This document shows, piece after piece, positions 12,852 to 24,658 of a DNA stretch of 64,000 bases; positions within the stretch are counted from its first letter, which is position 1; each line of letters starts with the position of its first letter. The notes under the pieces were generated by a model, which worked only from the letters and a program-made list of their open reading frames with translations, was not told the origin of the DNA and searched no databases. A program made the position numbers and the translations under genes. The DNA is from Eledone cirrhosa (lineage: Eukaryota): NCBI GenBank assembly GCA_964016885.1, contig OZ024758.1:15810001-15874000 (forward strand), read 5' to 3'.

Positions 12852-13981
12852 TATATAGTTATAGAGGTACGTATTTACACTTTAGTTTTTATTTTTAATT
12901 ATCGTGTGTCTACCCTGCCTTTCATAGGTTATAGATTCCATACACTGGTGGTTTTCCATGTTTTATTGATGGCACACTATCTCTCTCTAGTGTGTTACCT
13001 CTTCAACGTATTGTATTTTATATATATATATATAGTTATACTTGTGGAGGGTCATATTTGTGTAATAATATTGCCAGAATTAATAACAGAACACACTCGC
13101 TGTTTGGTTGGTTTTCACTTCTGTGTCTTTTATATCGGTTAATTTAATTTATTCGGTCCTCAATGTTACCATTAACTGACCAACGGTCAAAAATAGATAT
13201 AATATAGACACAAACACATATATATAGTCTAACAAAGTTCTTTTGTTGCACATCTGCAACACCGTCAGTGATGCTATTATGTTTCCTCCTGTTGTATTGT
13301 ATGCCTACGCCATCTTTATTTAGTCTGTTTATTTATTTATTTATTTTTGCCTTCTTCTCTGCGCATGTGTTTGCGTGTGTGTATTGTGTTTGAGTGACTG
13401 TGTATTGATTATTGTATTCTATCTTAGTTTACTAGTGTGTGTGTATATATATATATATAGAGAGAGAAAGAGAGTTCCACAACAAATTAGCAAACCATAC
13501 TCCATTTGTTGTGGAACTAACTCTATACCGAACTTGCCCACTACTCAGATCTGTCAATTCGCCCCGTCCAACGGGGAGATCTCCCAACCCACTATGGGGT
13601 GGGTGAAAGATGTCTTTCTTGTGAAAATGGGTATAGTTTTCATTATGTAAAATCTCCCCATTTTGCCTCATTTCTCCCCATTTTGGGGCACCTTTTTTCA
13701 TGGTACTCCATTTGGGTTTTTAGAGGTTGGCATGTCTGACATACCATGTACATGAATTATGATGACAACCAATGGCAGGTTTCTTTAACCAGCATTAACC
13801 AGCCATATCTGGCCAGAATTCTCTCACCTTTTTCTCTTCAAACCGGCTGTAACCAGCCACTTATACTGATGTTAAGGTATTGTTCTCAAAATAAATAATA
13901 TCAAATTCTCATAGATTCAATATTATGTGAGATAACGTGAAAATACAATAGTATATATAGAGTAATGTAAATACTAAAGGG

Positions 13982-14022
<41 letters not shown>

Positions 14023-14603
14023 TGTCAAAAAACTGTGGTTATATGTTGGAGCTATTTAACCATTTCAAGTAAAAATTTAGTTGTATAAACAAAGTTTTGC
14101 TATCTAAACAAAAAAAAACATCCATCCCTCCACAAGATATATCAACAAAATAATTGAAACATTCCTAAAACATTTATTATTATTATTTTTTTTTTTTTCA
14201 AAATGGAGATTTTATAAACAGAAGTCAATTTTTCCTAACAAATTTGTTGTTTTACATAAAAGAGTTTTTAGTTTTTTATTGTTTTTGTTGTTATTTCAAA
14301 AATTTATCCTTTCATTAGCATATTATCTTGATTGGCAGTATTGGTAGAGCATCAGGCACCATGCTTTCAACACAGAGTTATGACCCTTTACGTTCTGAGT
14401 TTAAATCCCGCCAACGTTAGCTTTGCCTTTCATCCTTACGGGGTTGAGAAAATAAAGTACCAGTAATGCACTGGGGTAATTGCTGGCCTTGTGCTTAAAA
14501 TAGAAACAATTATCTAATGAAAGACACTACCTTCAATTTGCAAGGGTTGAAAATAATAATTAATTTGGGGAGACTTAGTAATGTAATGTAATTGACTTTC
14601 TCG

Positions 14604-15039
14604 TTATTTATCTGGTGTTTGGTTCTCATAGAAGATTATTATGGAAGGTTTGTAGATTATTTATCTGGTGCTTGGAACATAACTTAACAAAGGTTCTCAT
14701 AGAAGATTATTATGGAAGGTTTGTAGATTATTTATCTGGTGTTTGGAACATAACTTAAAGGTTCTCATAGAAGAATATTATGGAAGGTTTGTAGATTATT
14801 TATCTGGTGCTTGGAACATAACTTAACAAAGGTTCTCATAGAAGATTATTATGGAAGGTTTGTAGATTATCTGGTGCTTAGAACATAACTTAACAAAGGT
14901 TCTCATAGAAGATTATTATGGAAAGTTTGTAGATTATTTATCTGGTGCTTGGAACATAACTTAACAAAGGTTCTCATAGAAGATTATTATTATGGAAAGT
15001 TTGTAGATTATTTATCTGGTGTTTGGAGCATAACTTAAC
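14604..15039. repeat. About 70-bp minisatellite, about 6 copies
   Basis: TTATTTATCTGGTGCTTGGAACATAACTTAACAAAGGTTCTCATAGAAG...; the same sequence occurs dispersed at about 21680-22025. Confidence 0.9.
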
Positions 15040-15310
15040 AGTGGAGACTTCTGGTGTCCTTGGCCCTAGGGTCACCTCCCTAGACACCACCATCGGCACA
15101 GAGTTGGCCACCTGTGGGTGTGAGCCTCGTTAGTTGAAATTGCTCTTCCAGTTTGTCTCCCTCGCCATCCTCTGGGGAAATGCCTTCTCTATTCAGTCTG
15201 CTGGGGCTGCGGGATGGTCAGCATGTGAGCCCCTATTTGCTCATAATAGTGACAGATGGGTAGAACAGGAGCAACGGTGGAAGTTTGGTCCTTTTGTGTT
15301 CAAGGTCGAC
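15039..15310 (+). mobile_element. CRE-clade LINE 3' fragment
   Basis: VETSGVLGPRVTSLDTTIGTELATCGCEPR*LKLLFQFVSLAILWGNAFSI resembles the RLE C-terminal VET.G..G...FQ..SLAI..GNA motif; followed by 3' UTR. Confidence 0.75.
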
Positions 15311-15969
15311 AAATAATGTACTAGTCCAGTACTGCAGTTGATCTTTCCTCTGTATCTCTTTCTCAGGAAGAATTTGGCAGCATTGAGATGAGGAGAGAGG
15401 TGGGCTTTGCCAGAGTTTAAATGCCCAAGACATCATAAATCACCATGGTGCCCCTACAAGTCCAACAGAAGTTAACAGCCCATAGCATGGCATGGCAATC
15501 ATATCGTAGATAGGTCGACATATTTTCATTTGAGCAGTGCTGGATTTGTGCTAGTTAAGTTATGAGGCCCCTTACTAGGGCTCCGAATGAGGTAGGCAGA
15601 GTAAAAAAAGAAATTTTTCGCAGGAAGATAGTCCCCCTTCCTTATTCTGACGAATGGGGCCCTGTACTTAAGCACAATGGTAAATTTGGCACTGCATTTG
15701 AGAATTTAAAGACTACTTATATCTGTATTTAAAGAAGCTGCGCTGATTACTGTCTGTAAGAAATGACAAAGCTGAAAATGAATTACGTATGTCTTCGATA
15801 ATATAATTTCGACTGAGATTTATTTGAATATTGTAAGGTTCAATATGAATTAAAATAACATTATAAAGACGCACGTCTAGGACCACATACATCAAAAGGC
15901 AAGCGGAAGGGGTGGACAAACGAACCTCTGCCAGAACAAAAGATAACGATATCGCGATATTGGAAAACC

Positions 15970-16100
15970 TCTCTAATAATGTTTGAGCCAAGCCAGCACG
16001 CTCGCATCGTTACCTCGGATGATGGCGAGGCTGATGCATTGGAACAGCCAAGCGCCTTCACCAGCATCACTAGTTACTTCGGTTAGACGAGCCGCCATTG
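15970..16100 (-). mobile_element. CRE-like LINE 3' fragment, second family
   Basis: MAARLTEVTSDAGEGAWLFQCISLAIIRGNDASVLA. Confidence 0.7.
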
Positions 16101-16732
16101 ATGTATAGTTAGCTACTCTAAAATAGAAATAAACCAGCCTATTTCGTCGATGAATGTCCCTATTGTTCAACCAACAGAACAACCTGATCATGAAATTAAT
16201 GTGCAAGTGGCTGAGCATTACACAAACGCGGATGTTTCTAGGATATTCAGCGTGATATGGCTAATCCTTTGAATTTCAGGTACAGTCCATCTGACGGGCT
16301 TCGACACAATTTCTGTCTAACAAGTCTTGGGTCGATCCAAGGTCATGGTAAAGACACGGCCCAAGATGTCACACGGTGGGATCGAACCCTAGATCTTATA
16401 ATTGCGAAGCAAATATCTTAACCATTTAATCATGTTACAGCCACATAATCATTTAAATAAACTCTGAGCCGAATCACGCACAGAGAATGTATGTGAGTCC
16501 GCGGAATGTAGGTCACTACAGCTTTTTAAATAAAATTAAATATATACTAAGCTTATTAATTTCACCACAAATTATATGTCATTTGGATAATAATTACGGA
16601 AAGAAATACACCAAGAAATTCAATTTCGTTTCGCTCACACCCATTCCACATTTTGTATAAACAAGATGGTAGCTTCCATACGCTTCGAAGTTTTGTCTTT
16701 CTATTTATAGTGTTTACATTGTGTAATTAAAG

Positions 16733-17046
16733 ATGTCTTCACCAAGTAAGCGAGTGTCTCGATCCAGATCGCCTTCTACACCAAGACGAGATAGCTCGAA
16801 GTCAAATAAACATAAACTACATCGACAAGACAGTAAACACAGATCGAAGAAACACCGTTCATCTCAGAAAGAAGACTCTGAAGAAAAGAACACCAGTGAT
16901 AGAAAATCTTCAAAGAAGTTATCGAAATATTCTACATCACCGCCGGACAGACCCGTTAAAAGAAAACGGAGTTCCAGTAGAAGCAGTTCCTGTAGTAGTG
17001 ATGTAGGTAATTTTAAAAGATCGAAGAAAAGCAGCAAAAAATCGAG
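16733..17046 (+). CDS. ARL6IP4: ARL6IP4/SR-25-like protein, coding exon 1 (Ser/Arg/Lys-rich N-terminus)
   Basis: ATG at 16733; RS/K-rich ORF (SRSRSPS...); donor AG|GTGATT at 17046/17047, phase 2, joining in frame to the exon at 21287. Confidence 0.8.
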
Positions 17047-18014
17047 GTGATTTATTTCTATTTCACATTAGAATTGCAGGTTTTTGAGACTACTGCCGAC
17101 TTAAATCGATAACTCTTGCTTGTATCTACTAAACATACCGAAAAGAGAAAGTATTTTGATGTCTCCAGCCACATATAATACGCGTTAACAACTCCGTAGT
17201 AACTTTAATATTATTCTTAGTTTTATCGTACGGCCCTTTGCGATCTGAGTTCAAAAACCGTCGAGATTAGCTTTGCCTTTCATCCTTATGGGGTCGATAA
17301 AATAAAGTACCAGTAACGTACTGGTGTCGATTTAATCGGCTCTCGCCTCTCCCAAGATTGCTGGCCTTGTGCCTAAATTAGCAATCATTCTTAGTCTTAT
17401 CGTACGGCTCTTTACGATCTGGATTCAAATCCTGCCGAGGTTAGCTTTACTTGTCATCCTTACAGGATCGATAAAATAAAGTACCAGAAACGCACTGGGA
17501 TCGATTTAATCGACCTTCCCCTACCCAGAAATTGTTGGCCTTGTGTCTACATTAGAAACCATTACAGTTGCAGGTTTTTGAAATACTTCCTAGTTGAACC
17601 GATAACTCTTACTTATGTATCTACTAAATATACCCAGGCCTATCAACTCGCCGTCGGACGGGGTAGATCTCCCATCCACTTTGGGGTGGGTGAGAGATGT
17701 CTTCTCTTGTGAAAATGGCTATAGCTTTCATTATGTAAAATCGCCCCATTTTGGGACACCTTTTCTTGGTATTTCCCGTTTGGGATTTTAGAGGTTGGCC
17801 TGTCTGCTTATATATCTACTAAACAGACTGAAAAGAAAGTATTTTAATATCTTGAGCTACAATAATACACGTTAACAGCTCCGTAGCAACTGAAATATTA
17901 TTTATTCTTACTCTTGCCGTACTTCATAATTCTCCAAATACTTTGTTAGTATTTCATTACACATGTTACGCATGTTAAACACTACCTGCGGCTAATATCA
18001 ATTTTCTTTTTAAT

Positions 18015-18287
18015 GAAAGAGGCTATGTAGTCGGCAAGAGTGTCAGACACCATGAGTCGCATCCCGAGTTAAGACAATTTGAAATCTTTTCCACCATAAA
18101 TTGTTAAAAAACAAAATAAAAGCATTTAGTCGTCCATTCGTAATGTACGTTACGCTTTAGTTACATACACAGACATCTACACGTAAATACATAAACAGAT
18201 ACAGACAACAGAAGGAAGGAGCTGGTGAAACACTATATTGATAAGTGTTTCGTCCCTTTAAGGTTTACCGGCTACATAGCCTATTGG
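18015..18287. mobile_element. Non-autonomous DNA element with AGGCTATGTAG(C/T)CG inverted ends
   Basis: Inverted termini AGGCTATGTAG / CTACATAGCCT; a close second copy at about 24996-25237. Confidence 0.6.
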
Positions 18288-20551
18288 TTTTCAATATTTT
18301 CTGTTCCTTACAATCATTTCAATACACTTTAGTATGTTACTTCCCTCTTGAACTTACGATCATAATGTTGTGGGTTCGATGCCTGAGCTGGGTTGCGTAT
18401 TGTATTCTTAAGCAAAACACTTCATTTCACGTTGCTCCAGTATACTCAGCTGAAAAATGAGTTACAGCAATAGCTGGGGTTTAATCCTGCGATGGACTGG
18501 CGTCCTGTCCAGGGGGAAGGGGGTTCTTGTACTCTCAGTCGCTTCACGCCACGAAACCGGGATAAGCACCGGCCAAACGGGCCTTCTGGCTTAAGACCTC
18601 CCTCTCCTCTCCAAGAATATCTCTTAAATAATAATATATACAATACTGCAATAGTATATATATATATTCATTAACAATAGGGTTGAATGAAAACCCACCA
18701 GGGAGCGTTCTGAATACTAAATATTCAAACAGCACATTCTTATATAGGTAATATAGAGAATTGAAAAACTAGAGGTAACACTAAAGACAAGGGAGATAAC
18801 TCTAATAATACCAACCAATCATTTTTTTTCTTTTTTGGTTAATAAAGTCAATGCTGTTAGGAGTGGATCTTGCCTTTAAGACCAGCCGTTGAAAGCAATG
18901 GGCATATTTCCATCTTGTTAGATCTCATCAGTGAATCATTCATCTGAGTAAGGTCAAACCATATGTTACTTTCACTTGCTGGATTTAAAGTTTTTATTTT
19001 CAGAAACTTTGGATTAGTTGATATTGGAGTTATTCCCCGTTTTTAGATTTTGATCACCTCTAGAAGAAAGTTTTGTCTTTTAATAGCAAGCATAACCTCC
19101 TCTGAATAAACATTGTTGTCTCTGAGCGAAACGAAGCAAAAGTGTATTTGAATTCATATAAAAAATGAGAAAACTCATCGCTAGAACAGCCAAATGCTGT
19201 CAAAGACTGCGATGGGCGAAAATGCTTCAGAGGCCAGTGGTTGGCAGAGAGAACAGCTTTAATTCATAAATCTCCCCTCTGTTATTTTCATTTGTCTGTT
19301 TTTCTCTGTAAATCCTGCACCAACTGTTACATGCATTCTTTCCTTTCACAAGATAAGATGGCAGATTCTTTTTCAAACCACTGTTGGTGATTTCTAAAAG
19401 CTCTCATACCAACTTGTGGAAATCTCACTAACTTCCAATTTGCAATTTTTAAAACTTCCTGCTGATGTCACTAATCTTACTGTCCATTCAGGCATGGAAG
19501 GCAATCTCACAAATACACCATCAATGAATACCGTTTTTGCTTTTTAATGGAACAAAAAAAAAAAAATGTAGAGAAAAGTTTGAAATGCGCAATGACCTTC
19601 ACAAAACTCTGTATCAACTTTCTAGAAAATCAAAATACACAAATATCCCATTTTGGATCAGCAAATTATTAAAAGAAAATGTCTTTTGTTTGAAAATATT
19701 TGAACCTAAAGTTTGTGATTTGAAGTCCGAATGCTTTCTTTTTATAATTTGTTTGTCCAAAACGGAATGTTTGCCATCATCATCATCATCATACTTTTGT
19801 TGTAAAATGTTGGATGGGTTTGATGGGTTGTTACAGTCTGAGACAAAACGAGTCATGACAGAAATGTCATGCTCTTGTGTTCCATATTTGGCATGGTATT
19901 TATGTTTGGATGCCTTTCATAACACCAACCACTTTACAGTGTTCTAGGTGCATTTTATCATGGCACCATTACCAGAGAATTTGTTATGTTACTAATGTGA
20001 CTGAAGAGTCCTTTCAACCATTTTTGGCATGTTTTTAATATTCCCATGAACCAGAAGGTCAGTCCATACAGTTTTGTGAATACATCTGGGCATTTCAAAT
20101 CTTTCCTTCAATATTTCTTGGTCATCTTTTTGCTCTGTTGATGTAAATATGTAGTTGCAATGTATTGCCTTATATATCTTAACTATTAACACCCTGTAAT
20201 AACTTAGTAGAAAATATCTTAAAACAGGTTTGTTAATTCGAATGTTTATAGTATCTTTACTAGTGGACTGATTGTTGTGAACATTTACAATATTGAAGTA
20301 AAGACTTTAGTCTTTAAGGTCATGTACTCAAAATACTGTTTTGTGTGTTTTAAGAATTTCTTGCTAAAGTGGTTTAATGCTGTACAGGGTGTTAAGGGTT
20401 GAAACAAACTGCTATGAAACTGCTTATAATAACAATTTTGCTAGAACTATCTCTAACTAACAGAATTACAGTATACTAATGTCTTTGCATCTGAAAATAC
20501 ATTCCAAAGCAAACATTTCTCTTTATACAATTGTAACCATTTAATTTCATA

Positions 20552-21128
20552 GTGTGGCCTAGTGGTTAGGGTGTTGGGCTCATGATTGTAATGTCATGGA
20601 TTCGATTCCCAGATTAAGCAGTATGTTTTGATCTTGAGCAAAATACTTCATCTCCCATTGCTTCAGTCAACTGAACTGAACATGAGTACCAGCAGCAGCT
20701 GTGAGTTAACCCTGTGTTGAACTGGCATCTTATTTCTTGTACTTTCAGCTCTTTAACCCTTAGGAGATGACAGGGCCGATCTATCGGCTGAAAAGTTGAA
20801 TGATGAAGACGACGACTGGGTCAATCTGTCGGCCTGATAATACAAGCCTCGAGATTAGCTGGCTGGTCTTCGTACCAGCTAACCAGATTGCTTCTCACAA
20901 TTCTTGCACATCTGGGCTTTTTGATGGTGGATTTCATGATAGTTTGCTGTGTTCTGTAATTTTACATTGAATTTTTAATAATTAAAAAAAAAAAAAGTTC
21001 ATGCCCTCTGTAGGGCTGTGTCTTCTTGGCACTGAAACTCCAAATGAAGTTATGTCTCCAAAGGGTTAACACTGATGAAACTAGGATAAACTCTGGCCTG
21101 ATGAGCTTCTGGGCTTAAGGCAGACTTT
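20552..21128 (+). mobile_element. Second tRNA-SINE family (CORE/V-like body), interrupted by a piggyBac-type MITE
   Basis: Head GTGTGGCCTAGTGGTTAGGGTG...GGATTCGATTCC; body TTGAGCAAAATACTTCA. Related copies at about 18350-18600(+), 47830-48100(-), 56290-56550(-) and 45737-45815. Confidence 0.75.
20757..21065. mobile_element. piggyBac-type MITE
   Basis: TTAA on both sides; TIR CCCTTAGGAGA / TCTCCAAAGGG; the host SINE resumes after it. Confidence 0.8.
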
Positions 21129-21286
21129 AATCTCTTTTTCTAAACCTTGGATCTCTGATGATATAGATGTAAAAAAAAGTAGAAAAAGTAACACAAAATG
21201 TCTAAAAAGATATTGAATAAAATCCCTAAATATTTAATTTTATATTTTAATGAAATTCCTTTAATTCTCTTCCTTTGTCTCTTTAG

Positions 21287-21507
21287 TCGCCATGGTTCTT
21301 CAGAACGCAGAAAAAAGCGTAAAAAAGATAAGAAAGAAAAGAAAAAGAAAAAAAAGAGCAAAAAGAAACATAAAAAATCTGACAAATCCTCAGATGATGA
21401 GAGAATGTTACCAAGCAAGAGGGATGTAAAGAGTCCCGTGAAGTCAACTAAGAAAGAGGAACCACTACAACCTCCTTCCAAAGTTAAAGAATCCATCTCA
21501 AACGAAG
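21287..21507 (+). CDS. ARL6IP4: ARL6IP4-like coding exon 2 (poly-Lys tract)
   Basis: Pyrimidine tract plus TTTAG acceptor at 21286; encodes RHGSSERRKKRKKDKKEKKKKKK...SNE; donor G|GTGAGA at 21507. Confidence 0.85.
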
Positions 21508-21717
21508 GTGAGATTTTGATATTTGTATTAACCCTTTCGTTACCATATCCTGTCTAATCCATGTGAGCATGGAAAAACAGATATAAAAACGATGATGATG
21601 ATGATGATTTCTAATGAAAAATATTGCCTATATTTTTAAAATAATCAAGAATTTGGTGAGATTTATTAATATACTTAATTTTCTCATTATTTATCTGGTG
21701 TTTGGAACATAACTTAA

Positions 21718-21928
21718 CTCCTTAGCATTTACATTACTCTATATTTACTATTGTATGTTCACGGTAAAGGCTTTATCTCAGATAATTACCTCACATAATA
21801 TCGAATCTATGAGATTTTGATATCATTTATTTTGAGAACAATAACTTAACATCAGAATGAGCAGCTAGTTAGAAGAGAAAGAGGTGAGAGAATTCTGGCC
21901 AGATGTGGCTGGTTTAAATGCTAAAGGG
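21718..21928. mobile_element. piggyBac-type MITE family with CCCTTTAGCATTTA termini
   Basis: TTAA-flanked, about 200 bp. Other copies at about 13789-13981, 30969-31095, 34230-34405 and 35305-35520. Confidence 0.75.
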
Positions 21929-22156
21929 TTAATATAGTTAACTTTCTCATTATTTATCTGGTGTTTGGAACATAACTTAACAAAGAATTTTACATAGAAT
22001 TATAATGGAAAGTCATTAGATATATAAATACTTTAAAATAAACTGATTTTTATCATAGATCCACATTTATAAATAGTTATCAATAATAAAATAATTGTAA
22101 TTCAATCAATTTTGCCTTTGTGCCTTGTCAAATGATGTCCTTATTTTACATTTCAG

Positions 22157-22274
22157 ACAGTTCAACAGCCCCTGATCCTAGCCCACGTATAATGAAACCT
22201 ATGACAAAAGAAGAATGGGAAAAACAACAAAGTGTCATCCGCCGTGTCTACGATCCTACGACTGGACGAAATAG
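22157..22274 (+). CDS. ARL6IP4: ARL6IP4-like coding exon 3 (start of conserved SR-25 C-terminal domain)
   Basis: TTTCAG acceptor; encodes ...[27 protein letters not shown]; donor AG|GTAAGC. Missed by the ORF track. Confidence 0.9.
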
Positions 22275-22630
22275 GTAAGCTATTGTGCACTGTTTGATCA
22301 TCATCATCATCATCTTCATTTAACGTCCATTTTCCACACTTGCATGGGTTAGATGGGTTGTAATGTCAAAAAACAAATCAAGTTGTAATGTCAAGAGACG
22401 TGATCTGGCATGTCTATGATCCTACGAAATAGGTAAGCTATTCATCATCATCATTTAACATCCATTTTCCACACTTGCATGGGTTAGACGGGTTGTAAGA
22501 TTAAGAGACAAGTCAAGTCCAGAGACCATATTGTCCGACGCCGTACCAATGCTGCCAATCCAATGCTCCTTGGATTTTCAAATGAATAATGAGATTGATT
22601 TAACAGTTTTTGTATTTCTCTTTAAAACAG

Positions 22631-22700
22631 GCTCGTAAAGGGAGATGGAGAAATTCTTGAAGAAATTGTTAGTAAAGAAAAACACCAACAAATAAATAAG
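22631..22700 (+). CDS. ARL6IP4: ARL6IP4-like coding exon 4
   Basis: AAACAG acceptor; encodes (R)[23 protein letters not shown], the hallmark SR-25 motif; GT donor at 22701. Confidence 0.9.
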
Positions 22701-22730
22701 GTTAATATTACTTTGTTATACGGGGCGGGG

Positions 22731-22909
22731 GATTGGCAGTATCGGTAGAGGGTCGGACGCCATGCTTTGCAGCACAGTTACGTCCCTTTACGGACTGAGT
22801 TCAAATCCCGCCGAGGTTAACTTTGCCTTTCATCCTTACGGGGTCGATAAAATAAAGTACCAGTAATACACTGAAATAATTGCTGGCCTTGTGCCAAAAG
22901 TAGAAACAA
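22731..22909 (+). mobile_element. Full-length tRNA-derived SINE (most abundant family in the window)
   Basis: A-box-like TGGCAGTATCGG, B-box GAGTTCAAATCC, central GCCTTTCATCCTTACGGGGTCGATAAAATAAAGTACCAG, and an 18-bp TSD AATATTACTTTGTTATAC. Other copies at about 235-403(-), 576-760(-), 2690-2870(-), 6493-6676(-), 14330-14512, 17230-17560, 24040-24142, 31270-31408, 32241-32422(-), 34662-35084(-), 41654-42172, 53413-53527(-) and 54875-55420. Confidence 0.9.
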
Positions 22910-22925
22910 ATATTACTTTGTTATA

Positions 22926-23218
22926 CAGTGAAATTCTGTTATAATGAAATTCATGTGGAATAAAAAAAAATTTGTTGTAACGAGATGAACCAAAACAAAT
23001 CAAATGTTTGTTTCTTTATCTCGGGGATTGAAAAAAAAATGTTGCTATACTGAAAAATTCGTTATAATGAAATTTTACCTGTATTTAATTATCAGAATTG
23101 TAACGAAAAATTCTTTGTAATGAGATCAACTGAAACAAATTGAGGATTTGTTTCTTTATCTTGGGGGATTGAAAAAAATTTCGTTATAATGGTATTTCTT
23201 ATAACGGAATTTTACCTG
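22926..23218. mobile_element. Tigger-like MITE with internal duplication
   Basis: CAGTGAAATTCTGTTATAA ... TTATAACGGAATTTTACCTG with TA flanks; the right half is duplicated. Confidence 0.6.
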
Positions 23219-23282
23219 TATTTAATATTAAAATAATCAACACGCTGATGTTATAACCTTACCTTTTCTTTTCTATTTCCAG

Positions 23283-23339
23283 CAAGCAACAATTGGTGAT
23301 GGCTTGTATTACCAGTCTAAAATGGGATTACATAAATAA
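23283..23339 (+). CDS. ARL6IP4: ARL6IP4-like last coding exon
   Basis: TTTCCAG acceptor; encodes QATIGDGLYYQSKMGLHK then TAA. Spliced CDS is 314+221+118+70+57 = 780 nt (259 aa). Confidence 0.88.
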   Translation, partial: QATIGDGLYYQSKMGLHK

Positions 23340-23707
23340 AAGTATTGATATTACCTGTACATTATATTTATTATACTTAATAAAAGTATACAATATTAAG
23401 ATTTACATTTGTGTGGGTTTTATTAAAATCCTTTCAACTCTTTTGATACCAGCCTGTTTGTTTTTTATATATAAATTTGAGCGACTTCCATCCGTCTGTC
23501 ACACAATGTCTGTTTGTGTGAATGTATGTCTGTGTTTGTGCATTTATATTGATATACTCATGCATATAAATGTATGCATATGCACATACACACGCATACG
23601 TGTCAGCCTGTTGAAAAAAATTCTAGTATCTAAAAAAATCTTCCACCATAATTTTATGTAAAAGCCTGTTTAGTTGTGGTCAAAATGTCAGTTTAATAGT
23701 GAGAAAG

Positions 23708-23900
23708 TCTTCTTGTTCTTTCCCCATTTATTCCTGAGAAAGTCGTGGGGGCAGAGTCCTCAAACACTCATTCCAGCGGGTCCCGTCAGAAGCAACCATC
23801 TCCAACTGATCTGGCTGGATCTCCCAAACGTGACCTGCCAAGCTCATGGGTATTATCAACCCATCTTGCTCAGGGTCTACCTCCTGGCTCTCCTGCCAGT
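23708..23900 (-). mobile_element. LINE (RTE-like) 3' end inserted in an older element
   Basis: Ends in an AAGAA-type tail on minus; shares GTCAGAAGCAACCATCTCCA with 11515-11592 in the opposite orientation. Confidence 0.5.
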
Positions 23901-24658
23901 TATGTTACTAAATCCTTCGAATTTTATAATTATTTGAAAATCATAGCCAGTGTCTTTCTGTAGAAATATGACAATGAATGAATCAGTCTGGGTAAAAAGC
24001 AAACGTAGAAAGTGTAAAAATATATTATTATTTTATATCCCACCGAGGTTAACTTTGCCTTTCATCCTTACGGGGTCGATAAAATGAAGTACCAGTAATG
24101 TACTGGTTAATTGCTGGCCTTGTGCCAAAAGTAGAAACAATTATTTTATATAATATATTATTCATATTATTCATATTTTTTTTGTTGGTTTAGTCTAGAT
24201 TAAAGGGCCATGGCCAATGCAGGCCCTCCAAAACCAGTGTAGAGCATTGTCCATGAGCTTTGTTCTGTTGATGATGACAAGATTACAATTGATATCCGTT
24301 GAAGGATATTTTTGAGGTCTCTGCTTATAACTTTTTGCGATATCCTAATGAAAATATTTTTTATATTATTAATGATATTCGTTCTTTATAATAATTAAAT
24401 TAAATAATATTGTTTCAATCATTGGTAATAATATTTTTAGAATATTACTTCCACTAAGTCCACCAAATTTACTCTCCATTACAAATGTTATTTGATTACA
24501 CTGGAAGTAATAACGCGAAAGGGAATTTATTTCGTGCAACACCGTTTAAAGGGAGTTAACTTATAATTTCTTAAAATGAAACCATAACTTCAACGAAGTT
24601 TCGCTTTCATGAAATTATTCTTTCTTTGTCTGAAATAATATTGATTGAAAAAGCTACT

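Noticed and set aside
18890-18940. CTGATGA..GAAA on the minus strand
   Set aside because: Helix II closes with G-G, and neither helix I nor a valid NUH can be formed.
21070-21110. Two CTGATGA heptamers
   Set aside because: Part of the ordinary SINE 3' tail; the helices cannot be formed.
22731-22815. tRNA gene
   Set aside because: A and B boxes are present, but the sequence continues into a SINE body and tail in about 20 copies, so it is a SINE head.
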